From positions 330,260-394,259 of the forward strand of contig NMRA01000017.1 in assembly GCA_002633005.1 (NCBI GenBank): a stretch of DNA of 64,000 bases. The letters are read 5' to 3'. The notes under the pieces are model-generated. The model was not told the DNA's origin and ran no database searches. It worked only from the letters and a program-made list of their open reading frames with translations. Of this stretch, positions 1 through 14,567 are shown piece after piece; position 1 is the stretch's first letter, and every line of letters begins with the position of its first letter. This DNA is from Phoronis australis (taxonomy: Eukaryota; Animalia; Phoronida). A program made the position numbers and the translations under genes.

Positions 1-1714
1 GCTGTTCCAGAATACCGTCCTTGGCCATGGATGTGATCTGAAAGGAAGTCCCGACTTTATAGAATTGCATTAACGTTCATGGATGTTTTGAATGAAAGTA
101 AAAAAACATTATTTTCAATTTTTGTAACTCAGTAAACTGAATCCAGTGTGGCTGAGGCCTCCACCTGAGAACCACCTGGTAGTGGCCAATGAAGTTATTG
201 TCTACTTAGGCAAACTATTACACTTACCATATTGGTACTCAGCCATCAGTGATCATGACAGAAACCTGTTCAGGTAAAAAGGATAAGATTGCAAAGATGA
301 CAGTGTGCAATGTTTGAAATGTTTCCGTTGAGTCATCATTTTACTGAATGAGACTCTTTGATGATACCCACCTTTGAAGAACCACACAGTGCTGATTAGG
401 TTGAGTTGAAATCACAAACTTCATGCTAGAATCAATCAAGATAGCAGCAGTGAATCAGTGAACTCTATTCTGTACATGGTGTTAGTGCGGGAGCAGTAAA
501 GTCTCACCAACTTCAGACAAAAATATTTGTAATTTTTCAGAGGTTACTAACTTTCTAATGAATACCCACTAATTCTGATGACATCATCTATATGGTGGCG
601 ATGATATAGAACTTTGAAATCTTAAAGCATATATTGATTATTACCGATGCTTCGTGAAAAAATTAAGAATTCTGCCTTCTGCCGATTTGTGGCGAGATTT
701 TATTATAATTAGGCACCGTAATGTGCCGTATGAAACACAAAATGATGAACCAATATAATGGTTCTCAAAACTGCTCTTGCATCATGGGCATTTGACTGGT
801 CGTGCAGTAGTACAGTAGTCATTGAAAAAGTTGCCGTACAAATTCCTGTCTTTGTCTAAGTTATATTTAAAGCCCATAACTAAATGAGACGTAAAATAAT
901 GTTAAGTAGTAGAAAAACGGCTGAAAATTGCTTTTCTTGAAATCTCGGTACTGATTAGAAGAGGTGCAAGTTGCCCTAGAAGAAGTTACCCTACCTCTAT
1001 ATGATGGAATACGGTAAGTTGTCACAAGTGAGGCAAGTTGCACTAATTTAAATAGTGTCTACACAGCCTTCAAACCTAGCGACAACCCCTTCCAGGAGTA
1101 ACTTGTTCTAGGGTAAGTCTGTGTGTGGACTGGTACTTAAGCTGGATAGTAAGGCAAGCAGGGCATTAACCTAGGCGAACACAATACTGTACATAGTAGT
1201 CATGCAGTCTCAGACCAGCTAACAAATACACTGTTTTACAGGTTTCATGACCTGTCAAAGTTGATTGACATTTGGTCATGATTATTATGCAATCAACCCC
1301 TGGAGACTCATGCACATTTTAATTTCCATTCCCTTGTAAATTTATTAATAAGATTTCAGACAATATAAGCTGTTAGAATTTGGTTTTTGTCCAGAAAATA
1401 CATGTTACACAGAGTTGGTCATAAATTAGCAAAAGTAGACTACAATTTTCTCTCATTTATAATGAACTTCTTGATGGCCTCCTCAGCTTGAATTTGTGAC
1501 ACCTGTGGTACTTTATTGGGGTTTGATTTGACCAGTGTGTTGCTTTGGAACAAAGATCACATTCTCAACTTAAGAAAGTTAAACTTATGAAATGGCTGAT
1601 CTTCATAAAAACTGACAATTTTGTCTTGAAAGAAGAAAATTCTTAAAATGACAGTTCACTGTTGATTGGCTATCAATGTCGAACTCGTAACCGAAGCACT
1701 TTGGGGTTTACAAA

Positions 1715-1775
1715 ATGTTACCACGCTCATCCAATCTTGAATTGTTGTTGAATGAACCGGCATGTCAAGTCACAG
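1715..1775 (+). CDS. Candidate alternative first coding exon (MLPRSSNLELLLNEPACQVT, phase 1)
   Basis: CAAA-ATG start context; 20 codons + 1 nt; donor CAG|GTAATG; reverse CCAAT (ATTGG) at 1665-1669. Confidence 0.5.
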
Positions 1776-3364
1776 GTAATGTGTACATGCACGATTTTCG
1801 AAATCATAATTTTAGAATTCTCCAACTCTAGCAGACTTTGTAGTGTTTTATTGAGTCATTGAAGGTTTCAATCACGGTGTTTTTGCTGGTTGCGGCAATC
1901 AAATTTTATCGAGGAAATGTAATATTGCCAGATAATTTCATACGTTTATATATATCGTTTGTTATTTATCATTGACAAAATGCAAATTTAACTCATACTT
2001 GTTTATAATTTATGATCAATATATTTAATTCATTCATAGGTTTCTCTACAATGGTGATATGAGCTCGCTTTGTTCAGGTTGTAAGTTACAACTGATTTGC
2101 TGATAAGGTCTTAAGCACTATGTGGAAGACATTCTGAATATAAATATATTTACTACACACGGTGAATTCCATAAAAGTTAATTGAAATATCCGCTATCCC
2201 TTCAAAAATGTATCATATTCATTATGCCACATTTTAAATGTCAATTGTCATATAGTGTTTGATTTTACTTTATTTCTGTTTCTGTTGACAAAGGACGTTA
2301 TTATATCCGAAAATTTCAGTTGATCCATTCTTGTTGTTTTATTTACCTAATTATACTCAATATATATAAAATGCCACTGTGTTATTTTTTCGATGACTTA
2401 GACGGCATGGCAGACCTGAGTCCAGAATTTTGGCGGGTATTTTTTCATCATTCATTTTGCATTAATTTTGACATCCGTTGTTGCTATTGGGGATAAATTT
2501 AATGCCTCTGTAAATTTAGTAAGTGACCGGTCCCACTGACATTAAGCCGCTCAGTGGAGGAGTAAAAGTTCAGTGGGAAAGCAATTTGAGAATTATTCAT
2601 GACGCAATGAATACCTGAGTGATTAGTCTGAGCTACATGCGATTTTGTTCATGTGATAATCACAGAGAGGTTAGTTAACCCCCTTTTTTAATCAGATTTT
2701 GCTCTTATGAGCATCTGTGGTTACGTTCTTTTAGGCAAAATTTTGCATTTTGCATTTTGGGTGTCAAATCCAATGCTATGATCACTTCATGGATTTTAAA
2801 ATTAATTTGAAATAAAAATAACAAAATTGCTTGTATTACTTAAAATGTATTTTGATGTGTCAAAAAAAAAGAGCCGGACCGGAGCTCTTATGTCTTACTG
2901 CAGCTGTGTCCCATTTACCATGTGGAGGAATAAATTCATGTCGTGAAGTTTGTAAAAATGAATTGTGGGATAGACACCTTTACATTAACTTTATTTCAAA
3001 TGTTGTTTGTATTCTCAGAAAGGTGTGGCTTTGAAAGGTATGGGCTTGACTAAATCATTGTTTCTTCGCCTGCTTTATTGGATATGCCATATCACTTGTC
3101 GTTTACTTTTTTAATAGCGTTTTGGTGTAAAGCTATTTAGGACAGGCCATGTGATCAACAGATGGCATGGTGAAATAAAACATTTAGCAATCATTGGAAT
3201 GCTTGCCACAGGACATGTTCATGTGTATTATTGAACATTTAAATTAAAAATGAAGAAATTATGGGAGCGTTTCAGATTGTTTGTCTGTAGGCAAATACAG
3301 TTGGAAAGTTAAAGCACTGGGTGGGTATAATTACATTTGGTTTAAAATCACTTTGAAGACCAAG

Positions 3365-3389
3365 ATGGAAGATGAATATTTTTATTATG
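3365..3389 (+). CDS. Weak candidate alternative first exon (MEDEYFYY, phase 1)
   Basis: CAAG-ATG-G; 8 codons + 1 nt; donor ATG|GTATGA; short enough to be chance. Confidence 0.25.
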
Positions 3390-5992
3390 GTATGAGTTTT
3401 AGGGTATATTTGATCATAGACTGTTTTAAATTTCTTTAAGTATCGGGGATAATAGCCTTTTTATAATGTCACTATTTTGTATGCACACCTCCATTGCCAT
3501 GCTTTGTATGTAAAGTTGACCCAGATGCAACAAAGTGAAATTTTGTGCCATCATTTTATGGTTGGATGTTCAAATGACTCCATTGAATAAGACCAATGTC
3601 ACTAAATGTTTGTGCTTGAAGGAAATTGTATTTTTTTATTGTTGCTTGTCTTAACATAAAAAAGTGAAATTGGGTCAAATAGGAACCACTTTTGTTCTCT
3701 CATGGCTCTAAAGAGTTGCAAGTCACATGTTTCGCGTGCAATTTGTTTCGCGTTAAATTAAAAAAGCAACTTCGAGAATCATACAACAGTGATGAGTGAT
3801 TGGTGAACAACTGTTGAAATTTCCTTATTCTGTGATTCTAACTTCTAAGTCTCTGTGGAGAAGAGAACAAAAAGTGTTCAAAGGTGCAACAGACCTCACC
3901 ATCTGTCATTGAACAACTTTTTGTTTAGTCCATTTGGCTTTAGAAAATTGGCCTCCTTCCTTACAATGCAAAAGATTTCTAGTCTTCAGAAGAAAGACAG
4001 ATTGGTTGCTTGCCACAATTCGGTCAGTTTCACCCAAGCAGCCAGTATGAGGATGACTAGAGTTCCAAACAATTGTTGATTTGATATTCAGTGACATTAG
4101 TAAGTGACTAATGCGCGTGTAAAAATGTTTTCAACTCTCGAATGTGGTTCACGGTCACTTTCAGATATAGTTTTGAAGAATACTTTTATACAGTCATGCA
4201 ATGAGTAAGTGACGACTGTGTTCCATTGATTTTTTGACTTTCAGACTGTGTTGGGAATACTTTGTGGAACAAGATGGATTTATGCATTTTTTGATTCAGT
4301 TTTTTGTGAGCCTCCATTGTATTCAAACTCATGGAAACCTGCTAGCTGATTGTCATATGGTATCCTAGCGACAGATATCTTTGTATTTGTTTGATGCCCT
4401 CATCTATTGAAAATTGTTGCTGTTAGTTGTAGATAATCCTACTACAACTATTACTAATGCTGCTACTATTGCTACTGTTAGTACTAATTAGTAAAATTAA
4501 CCTTGTTAGTAGTCTACTAATAGGTAAGATCTTGTAATTAATGTACTGTGTGGTAATTTTTGACTGGATAGACATCTGATATCCCATAATGCAACACTCA
4601 TTTGGAATATCATGGCACCAATACAAAAAGGTTACTGGTACGCATTTTTCACTTTTCACACCTTCATGGCTAATCCATTACGGGCTGTATCACATTTTCC
4701 GTCCTACTATGAATGTTTCATCCTAGTTGGGATTGCAGTAGTCATTTTCCACAGCCCCTGGACTTTATGAATGGCTTTTTCTGGTGATGAGGTTTGGTGA
4801 CTGTGATAACCACTGCCTGTTGGAGGCAACATTCTTTCGCCACCCATTTTAGGCACTGCAGACTATGAAAACTCTTACTCTGTGTCAACTATACTAAACA
4901 GGAAACTGGGGCAAGGTGGAAGGGATCATGTCTATTGCGGGTCATCATTTTTACGCAATTTCTACGATTCCAGTTCCGTGTCTTTAACTTTTTTCCTGAC
5001 AGCCATTTATTATATCTTCGCCAACTCAGCTGAAATGTCGTCTGAAGCAATAATGGCAGAAATACTCTCTTATTTCAATGAAACATTTCGTAAGTTTTTG
5101 TTACTTTCAGTTGACAGATCTACTAATAAAGCGTAACATAATTACCTTACTGGAATTGCTGAAAGGTATTATTCCTTTTGGTCAAAACTGCGAATTTATT
5201 GTCCTTAAGATGAAAAGTCAATGAAATGTCAGGTGATACTCGTATGCATGAATTTGTGGCGGCCGTCCAAATGGACACTCTGAATCGAACATTTAGACAT
5301 TCTAGCTAGGACGCCCTGTTCAATTAGTAACTATAAAAGCTTTCTGGTGTCTGTTTAACTCGCTCACAGCAGCTTCTAGAGCTCCTTGGTCTATCCAAAA
5401 TATAAGGTATGATACATGTTATGCCCATGTCTGCATAGTAACACACCTCTCTATAACACCAATTTGTCATCGCATCATATAAGGCAGCCACATACCATTT
5501 GTCGTGGACAAACTGAGGAATTGGGAAGCCCATTTTGTACGCCCAATTTTTTAAATCAAAATTCTCGATGATCCCCTGATTTCCTACACTATTTTTTCCA
5601 TTTTGTCTTTCTAAGGATGAACCATTCTCTGACTTATGGCAGCCATTGTGTCTAGCATTAATCAATGGTTGACTTCAGTACTATCTTATTTCAAATTAAG
5701 CACCAATTGGAGCTAACTAAGTTCAAATTAAATATCCATAACTCATTTTGGTGTCTGTTGAAGTTGTGAAGGCCTTCTTCTGTACAAACTGTCCATCAGT
5801 GTGTTGTGCTAGGGTCTTGTGCCAGTCTCTTCTGCCAGGTCTTGTGCCAGTGTCTTGTGTGTTGCCTTTGCCACCACTATGTTGGTGGTTATGATCAGCT
5901 AGTGCCCCTGCTGTTTGGATAACTGTTGATGCCTTTGGTGCAATATCAGAGTGAGAAGCGCCTAATCACATCCAGTTGGGTATCATAACAAG

Positions 5993-6020
5993 ATGCAGGC
6001 TATTAACAGTCGAAGGGCAG
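5993..6020 (+). CDS. Candidate alternative first coding exon (MQAINSRRA, phase 1)
   Basis: CAAG-ATG; 9 codons + 1 nt; strong donor CAG|GTAAGC. Confidence 0.55.
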
Positions 6021-7429
6021 GTAAGCAAGAATCCTACAAAAACTTCAAGTTTTGATAAATTAACTGTTGGCAAATGGTGGCTGCAATGATTTAAAGATTG
6101 AATTGAGATTTTCATTTCTGATGACAATTGAGACCGAAAAACTTTTTGCCAGGAACTTAGCGATATTCTGAATAGTTGTCATCGTGACCAAGGAAGAGGG
6201 TCATCAAGCTATAAGACCGAGGGGGGTGGGGGTGGGGGTGTGGGTGGTTGGGGGTTTCCTCCCGCTTAACACAATGTTAGCATTTTCCAGTTGTGTTTGA
6301 GAACTGCTGGAGTGAGAAAAGTTTCAGAAGTGGACCTGTTCTTGATAAACTGGTGTTATCTGTGCTGATATCTTGTAACCACTTCCAAACAAGGTGATGC
6401 AGACCTTTGAGAAACATGGGCTGTCCAAACCATGTGTTTAGGGTTCTAGATGCTGGTCTTTGCAACTCAAAGCTTTCACAAGCCACTTGACTGTCATCAT
6501 CGCCACTAGCATCATTGTCACCTCCACCACTATCATCATCGCTGTCACCGTCGTTGTTGTGAAGAACATATCATCTTCCTGAGTTAACGCCTGTGTTCGG
6601 ATTAATGCCCACCCTCTGAAAGTTCCAAATTTTCATTTCTTGTGCCCATGCTCGGCTTAGAGCCCAGCCCAGATTTACGTGGTTGAGTAAAGTGCCTTCA
6701 GGCTTTGTGAAAATGATTGTCACTCAATTGTTCGCTCCCACAATATATAGAATTCGTCTGTTGTCTAGTAATCAGGCGGGGAAAGTACTTACACTTGCCT
6801 ATGGTGTCATTCATCTAGGTGAATAATTAGATGCGAAAAATTGTGAATCACAACTTTATAACTCACTGAAAGTTTTGTGCACAAAGTGGAGGTGGCTCTC
6901 TAGTGCTTTCCTACTATTTCGTTTAATGCACGAGTTTCATGGACACGTAGCTCTCAGGTCACTACCTGAATCGACCAATTAGGTTAATACCCACCCTCAG
7001 ACCCCTGTAAGATGTTGTTTCGCACTCCTATGCTCCTACCTTTAATTTTTTAGTTCTGCAGTTGTATGCACATTAGTCATTAGGCTGGATGAGTAGGGTA
7101 ATTTATAAATATTAACTTATGGAGTTCACTTTGTTATATGCTAATTGCTGGATCCAATCACCATGTAGGGTTCAGGTTTCTGGAAAGCTTTTTGAGAGTT
7201 GGAACATATCAATGTCCATGTGTAAATGAATTCTAATGCGTAGTAATACCGTGCCACTTCACTTGATATCTTTGATTTTTCCCTTATCTTTAAACATTAT
7301 CCACGGGTTATTTGTTGTTGAAGCCATGAATACATCTCGACTCTTTATAAGCCCACAACAAACTTAACATTTCAAACAAAATAATTATCTGTTGCTGACA
7401 TGCCATAGTTCACTATGGAAAACCTAGTC

Positions 7430-8360
7430 ACCTGTGGGACTGGTCATCGTTTGTATTGTGGATGGTTGCGGGCTTGTAAATCTCTATTGACGTCAATGAA
7501 AACTTGGAGACTAGTATAAAACTGTTGCAAGTTGTTGCCAGGAGCAAAAATAAGATCACGTCCGTCTTTTCATCGTTCATGGAGAGTATCGTACAAGCCA
7601 TCCATTCACGATTATTAGCTATGAAAACTAGCATCTTGTTTATGACATTTAGTTGTTCACATGCTTTAAAAGTTTTCAAAATGCAGTGGCCATTGGCATA
7701 ACCTAACACTTATGGCGAGTGGTCTCTTAAGTATCAACCACAGTAGATTAGTAAGCTGTAAAGAGCACCGGGCCAATACAAGAAAACTGAGTCACTGTTT
7801 GACTTGTGAAAGTTAGTCAATGATTAAGAACCCATTATGACCTGGATTACATGAAAGAACCAAACCAAGCTAGATGGGATGCTGAGATCCCAAACCTATT
7901 TTCAAGAATACCCAAAATGATGTTGTGATGGACTGTATCAAAGACGGCCAAGAGATCAATAGGTGCAATTATGTTTAACTTTTGAAAATTGATCTCTGCA
8001 AGTATGTCGTCTATTTAACAGTGTCCTTTCAATACCATAACCAGGACGATAGCAGGCCAACTGATAGTCTGGAAACAAACGATGTTCATTAATATGCGAT
8101 GTAAATTGTGACAGAGCAATTCTTTCACACAATATGATAATGAATGTGAATGGAATGTTTGATACTGGTCGATATTTTTTTTGGCAGCAGGATCTAGACC
8201 ATCATTACTCATCAGTGATATTAACATAACTCTTTAGGTAGCAACGCAAATGCTAAATTTTCGTTGTCAACAAATAATAGACTAGTCTGGTAATAGCTTC
8301 ACCAAAACATTGAAGGGTAATAATCATCGACAGGGGTCATCTTTTGTTGCATTTGCGCAA
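7430..8360 (-). mobile_element. Decayed non-LTR retrotransposon reverse transcriptase (L2/CR1-like LINE)
   Basis: Minus-strand peptides in the correct RT order: GLDPAAKKN (LDP..NYRP-like), IDLLAVFDTV (LDLSAAFDTV), LENRFGIS..LAWF, SCIGPVLFTAY (QGSxLGPxLF), GYANGH (YADD degenerate), WMAC.LSMN.EKTDVILF; stops and frameshifts throughout. Confidence 0.8.
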
Positions 8361-10334
8361 CAGTGTACATACAGGTGATCACATTCTTTTGGATGTTCAC
8401 CTGTTAATCCGAACATATGCAGACTGTTTTCATGTGACTGATTTCCATTTTGATTCATTTGGTGATAATGAAGTAGTTTTACTAGCGCAGCATCCCCTTG
8501 TGGAAGTTATTTTGTTTTGGTTTGATCATACCAAAATACTGCAGCTTACCAGAAGGACATTTTGATACTTAATAGCTAAAGAGGTGTTTTGAAACTGCAA
8601 TGTTGTTTACCCTGTACTGTTGCATCCCCTAATGGTATTTTTATGTGGGTCCCTTCGAAATATTCTCATGTTGTATAGTATCAAATCGAAACAGAAATAT
8701 CTTGCTAGTGGACAACTCGATAACGTAGGTGTACCTTGGAGTCTTGCTTAATTGATACAGACCTCATTAGAAAGACTGATCCGCCAGCCTTGCACTAATT
8801 GCAGAAGAACATGTTCTCTTACAGTGGATATTTATAGTGTTGTGTATTACATAATACTTAACACAGGGATGGCTAATTTGGCATGTGCCAGTTGTATCTT
8901 GGCAGTAATTACTGAAGCCTGTCATATAAGTAGCCATCCAGCATGTATATTGTTTCTGTCTGTGTAAATTAGGCATTTGGGGATTTGCACATTCTACAGC
9001 ATGATCAACACATGGCGAGAATTCTAGTCTGCCTGTTGGTTGAGCAAATAAGTCTGTTCCAGGGTGTTGGATGCTGTGTTCCCGCCTGTAGGATGCTGTG
9101 TCCAGGTTTGGAGCCTTAGTTATGTAAAGGATGGATGTGCTGTCTGAGGCTATTATAGAGATCAGAGTTAGCCGATTTGGGGATTATTTTATTTTGCTGG
9201 AGTTGGATGGCTCATAGTTATGTAAATTTGTTGGCGAGTTCGTTAGATGTGCTTGGTCGATTTGATTACATCGTTGATTTGTAAGGATTATGTCCATAAC
9301 TTGCGTGGTTGATGCCAATTTCTGCTATCGAGTTGTCGATATCAAACAAAGGTTGTTCGACCAATCAGACGATTCAGTTTACGCATACTATTCACGAGCA
9401 AGAGATTGATGAACTTTTTGTCTATTTGTGTTTCATGGTAGCCTTACCACACCTTGTCACCATCAAGTATACTACAATAAGACTGAATCTATATATTTAC
9501 CAGCTCATAATTGATACTGTAGTCTAATGGATATTCCTCTTGTGTTGAGTAATTGAAGCCTAAGTGTGGAGATATTTAATTCCAGGAAGTATTTCTGTGC
9601 TCTAATTACTGCACTCTTTGGGATGGTCTATTGTTTGTAACTTGTGGCTTCCTACATCACCGTGGTTGCTCGGATCAATACACTGCAGGGACCAATAGTT
9701 CATAACTCTGTGCCTAGCTACTATTTAGTATTGGTTTGGGTTTGGGACAGCTGACAAAGAGGGAGTTTGAATCACTTAGTTGCCTGGATATTTTGTGTAA
9801 GGCATTATGCACCTTAGCATACACATGGTAAGGCTACTTAGAGCCAATTACAGGCGTATGTAATAATGTGGTCGACATTGAGTTGATGTACTGAAGGCAA
9901 AGTGTTTTCGTATTCTCTTGAGGATTAGACCAGAGGCTGGCATTACCACTTTTTCATAGCCTGAGACAGTTCCTGGCTGATTTTGTGTTTTGTGGATTCA
10001 CGTGGATTTGTGAGTGGGCTGCCTTTTAAACGTGTACAGCGAGAGATTGGACAGTGACGCCATAGAAGGACGCAGGTGGTCAATTTTCCCCCTGTGCATG
10101 AACAGAAGTAGTGTCAAATATTCAACACAGTACTCAGGTGTGAATCATGTGAAGTTGGAATGAGGCATAATGCCTGGCTGAGGTCTTGCAGAGGAGGGAT
10201 CTCTTAGTTAATGTTCTATGATGACTTGTTTGTGCCACAAGAGGACAGTAATATTCTAAAGACTTGGAACCCACTCAAGTGACTGCTGGATGATAGTTAT
10301 GCTGTGTTAAAGACTGTTTCTGACCAATTCAAGT

Positions 10335-10476
10335 ATGTTTTCGGGAGCAGGAAATGTTAGCAGTGCCAGTGGCGGTGGTAGCGGTTCGAAAAAATCGGAG
10401 AAATCAAACCGGGCCAAGGCCAACTTGAGCGTGGGTCAAAAATTGGCGGCGTTATTCAAGAAAGGTGGAGAAACAA
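10335..10476 (+). CDS. Candidate alternative first coding exon (MFSGAGNVSSASGGGSGSKKSEKSNRAKANLSVGQKLAALFKKGGET, phase 1)
   Basis: 47 open codons + 1 nt; GC/purine-rich coding-like island in AT-rich DNA; donor CAA|GTAGGT; resembles the exon at 26453. Confidence 0.75.
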
Positions 10477-13400
10477 GTAGGTCTTGGTTTTTATTCTGAT
10501 AATGTATCAAAACATTAACTAGAGTCGGCAACAACATTATCGTCTTTTTCCTCATGGAATAATGTTTACAGCTAGCTGGCTGTTTTGTACTCATCACAAT
10601 ATTTTCTGTAAATTTCAATCACATATTCTTGACAGACAAAAGTAAATTGTTGTAGGACTTGATTTAATTTAAACGGGTAAAACATTTTAAAGATAACCTA
10701 GGTGATGCATATCCTAGATGATGCATTGAAATACTAATCTATATTTTATCGTTGAACCTAAATTTTGGTTAAATGAATATGTTGGACAGGTTGTGACATG
10801 ATATCTCATTGTTGTCCTGTTGTGCTTGTATGATGACTCAAAACATGTTGGTAAAACTTATCAACTAAAATTATTGTCATATTATTTTAGAATGACACCG
10901 GCACGATTTTCAGTTCCACTCACAATAATACCTAAATAAGATTGAAAGCAGCAATAACTCCATCTATGCAAGTTAACAACTTTACAGACCATTTATACAT
11001 GCATTGCAAAACAAATTATTATCTCTTTCAAACATTCCTGTTTTCTTTTAAGAATTTATGTAAGATCTTTATGCCCAATCATCTTGGGTTTTGAATGAGA
11101 TGTTTATTTAAAGGAATATTTTCCGACTTTTATCATCAGTCTAGTTCATAATGCTTTCCCGCAGCCAAGCTTCCCGTTAAATTTGTGGGTTATGGTGAGA
11201 TTTGCTCGAAGTGTGACTCCATTAGACACTTTTTTCCTCACTCGGTACAAAATAGTTGCTGATGTTTCACAGAAATGCAATCAGTAAAGTTGTATCTAGC
11301 CTTGATTAATGTATACACGAATTGAATGAAGACTTCACTTGTGAGTTATAATTTTGTTCTTTGCATCAAGTACTAAAATCGGCTTGCGCGTATTCTAAAG
11401 GGGGCTTAATTGTTCCTTTCAGTATTTAATGTGATCGATGAATTATAGATAATTTGCTTTGCCTTCTGCAGACATTTAATCCACACGTGTTCGATTTAGG
11501 TGTTAAAATTTGTATGTAACGCATCACGGTTTGGATTTTAACATTGCGGCATTTTAAGGTTCAGTTGTTTGTAGCTACTGTCCATTTTCTGATGCAGTTA
11601 GGCATATTGAAATGACCTATCTTCAGCGCCACCCGCAGTGGTGTATATATAGATTTGAAGCAGTGGCATTTTATGGCAATTATGGAATTTTTTAATGAAC
11701 ATGTCTTGCAAAATTACTTCTGCTGTGTTGTGGGGTGTTCAGATGACTTGTGCTAGAAAGCCAACGTCTCTTGTCGTCCATTTCATATGTTGCATCTCAA
11801 CCCCTCATATTCTCGTTCTCTCAAACATTGTATGGTTAATTAGGGATAGAGAATTTTCTTCAATACACACTGGTCAGGACTTAAGAATTTTATTGGTTAC
11901 TGGTCCTCCTGGACAAACCACTAGACAAAAAAATCACTTTATGGATATATGTCGCTTACGTGCTTGTCTGGTGCTTAGCTCCCTCTAGTGGTTGTGAATG
12001 ATACTGATAGTGGCAAACATAGACTTTGAGTTACTACTCAGTTAATTATTCTATGTTCTATTCAGTAATGAACTAACGATGAAATATACTGGCCTTTCAA
12101 ACTCATTTCAATATTTTAGAGTAAAGGAGTTTTGCATCATAAAGGTCGACCTCATTTTCGTCTTACTGTCGACTGTCAATGTCGATGGATGGTATATCAA
12201 CGGTATATCATTTGTTCTTGAAGAGGATACCAATCTTGAATAATGTGCCTGATCACTCACGTGTGGAGCAAGTGGTAAAACTTTCCAGCCTGGATGAGTA
12301 TTTACGCCACCGCTGTCACGGGTGTGGTTGAAGTCATTTCCAACATTGGCCTCAAAATGGTTGAATGTCGACAAACACGAAGCTGACTCAAAATACGACC
12401 AGAAGTTTCCATAACTGGTGCTGTATAAAACGTGGTCCAGTAGTACCGAATCATGATGTCCTTTTCTCGATCTCTTGACAGCTTTTCTCGCGAAATCTCG
12501 ATTACAATTTTGGTATACAATTCGGAGTGTGTCATACTATCGTGTAGCTAACCATGTGGTACAGATTTAGCGAATGATACTCGTTGTTATTAATATGGTA
12601 CAGATAGTGTCATTAATAGGAATTAAGAGGAATTCCTTGAATGTTACGTTTCTATTGGTCGAATTAATGGGGTTTCCCAACCTAACGGTTGTCTGCGTCA
12701 CGCAATCAGTAACATACCGTGAATAATACGCTTACACGAAAGTCACGCATTTCTAAAGATATGCGTGACTTTTCACCGCTTGTCCTTCTGAGTGGCTTTT
12801 ACCAGGATATCATAGAGAGCGCGGCGCCAGAGTCGGACTCAGTTGCGATGCAAGACCCAATTAAGTGTAATTGCCCAAACATAAACTGAAGTAAACACCT
12901 CTGCCTGTACATACTGGCGAATTTTCAAAATGCATTAACCAACAGTTTTCGTTAAAAACAAATACCACAGCTATATTTAGATGGAAAAAACAACCTAATT
13001 TGGTTTTCGATTTTTAAATATCGATAAACTACAAACACTGGGTACGATTGAAGATAAATGACTGTGCATATTGATATACTCGGTGATTTACAAACGCTGA
13101 TCAGAGTTAACAATATCACATGGATTATTCTTTTAATATACAACTAAGCTACATTGAAACATGTATGAACAACACACAGTGACTAAATTAGATGTCAATA
13201 ATTTTTAAAACATCGCTTATGGCCCAGTGCATGCCGAACTACTTTACTCTAGGAGTAGTATACTAACAGGAAAACTGCTATTCGCGGAAATGTGCCAATT
13301 TTGATTGTTAGCTTGTAGTTGTAACGGAACACCTGTGAAGACAACTAAGATGGCTAGCTCTGTGTAGTCAATGAGAGAGTGCAAGCAGTGGATGAGGTTG

Positions 13401-13800
13401 GTCGGTGGGCAAAAGCTGCGATTTCATTTTGTATGACTGAGGAAAAGCTAGAAAAGTTAGTTGCTGCAGCCAAAATTGTCCAGAGGTTCCAAATCTTCTG
13501 TTTAGGTATCACCATATTTGCACATTTGTTTATTCTTTATTATTTGAGTTCTAATAAAGATTGAACTTGAACTGATGGCACGTGGAGTTTCGTTTGCTGG
13601 GACATGTTTGGTGTAGCTGTAATCTGGAAAATTCAGGGATGGGTTCTCAATGAACTTCTAAGATGTTTTGATTCTTTGGTTAAACACAAAATAAAAAGAT
13701 AGCAACCCTAAGGTAAGAAAAAAGCAAGTGGACAGGAAGTAAAGTATTGAAAACAGATATGAAACATATTTAAAACCAATGTTCCTTTGAGAAGTGGCCC

Positions 13801-14567
13801 GGCAAAGCAATATGTATTCTATTCCAGCCTCCATCAGCCAAGCCTTCAGAAGATCAATGATATTAACTTGTATTGACAACTGGAATTCCTTGCCATTCAA
13901 AATAAAAGCACTTCAATCCTCACTCTCAAAAATAACTTTAAAATGTATACCACTACTCCAGACTTGCCAGTCCCATTGACATCATTTCAACTTCCCCGCA
14001 GCCATGAAATAACCCTATACAGATCAAGATGTGGTCTATTCCTAAACAATGAGAAATTTAGACATAATTTTAATAATATTTCGCCTCTGTGTTCCTGTGG
14101 ACATACTCAGACATATCCTCATGTTTTCTTTGCTTGTGAGGTATGCAAGGAGGAGAGGGTACAGCTCTTCCAGGCATTCGAACAATACCCCAATGTTTAT
14201 AAAAAATATTCTGAAATTCCGCAATTGTACAACAAAATTAATTTCTTTCTGTATGGATGTCAAGAACTTAACTCAAACGAAAATAAGGTTTTATTTGAAA
14301 TAGTATCAGAATTTCGTTATAACATTAAATCTCTTTGTGTGAGTGGATAGAATTTTATACATCTGTATGAAAATGAATTATTTTCATTCGTTGTCATATA
14401 TCATTGTATTCTTAACATCAGTTTTTATTTATGTATTCGCATATAATCATTGTATATAGACTTCTTTGTATTTTTTTACCCAGATCTAATGCCTCTTGGC
14501 GCTTTCTGGGTTATGTATATTCATTGTATTCTGAAGATTTCGTAATAAACATTAAAAAAGAAAAAAA
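13801..14567 (+). mobile_element. 5'-truncated LINE (CR1/L2-like 3' end) with poly(A) tail and 11-bp TSD
   Basis: WNSLP motif then C-terminal Cys/His motif PLCSCGHTQTYPHVFFAC; AATAAA and A-rich tail; TSD AGAAGTGGCCC at 13790-13800 and 14568-14578. Confidence 0.88.

Noticed and set aside
1001-1013. MMEY phase-1 segment with donor ACG|GTAAGT
   Set aside because: Lies inside an inverted-repeat, MITE-like structure (about 965-1140); probably chance
4125-4204. MFSTLECG... segment ending at TGA|GTAAGT
   Set aside because: 80 nt, so phase 2 and incompatible with the array; could still be a UTR exon, or a first exon using only ATG-A at 4201
5324-5665. 113-aa minus ORF with MGFP...YYAD, faintly RT-like
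   Set aside because: Catalytic YxDD and other RT motifs are absent; not supportable by eye
6118-6150. CTGATGA...GAAA hammerhead-like core
   Set aside because: Stems II and III do not pair and there is no properly placed cleavage triplet
8767-8976. Minus-strand H..L.HP segment resembling an LTR integrase zinc-binding domain
   Set aside because: Needs frameshifts; no DDE core or LTRs seen
12119-12243. AG|TAAAGGAGTTT (VKEF...) as a PKA-like exon 2
   Set aside because: Continues CIIKVDLIF and reaches a stop; no kinase similarity
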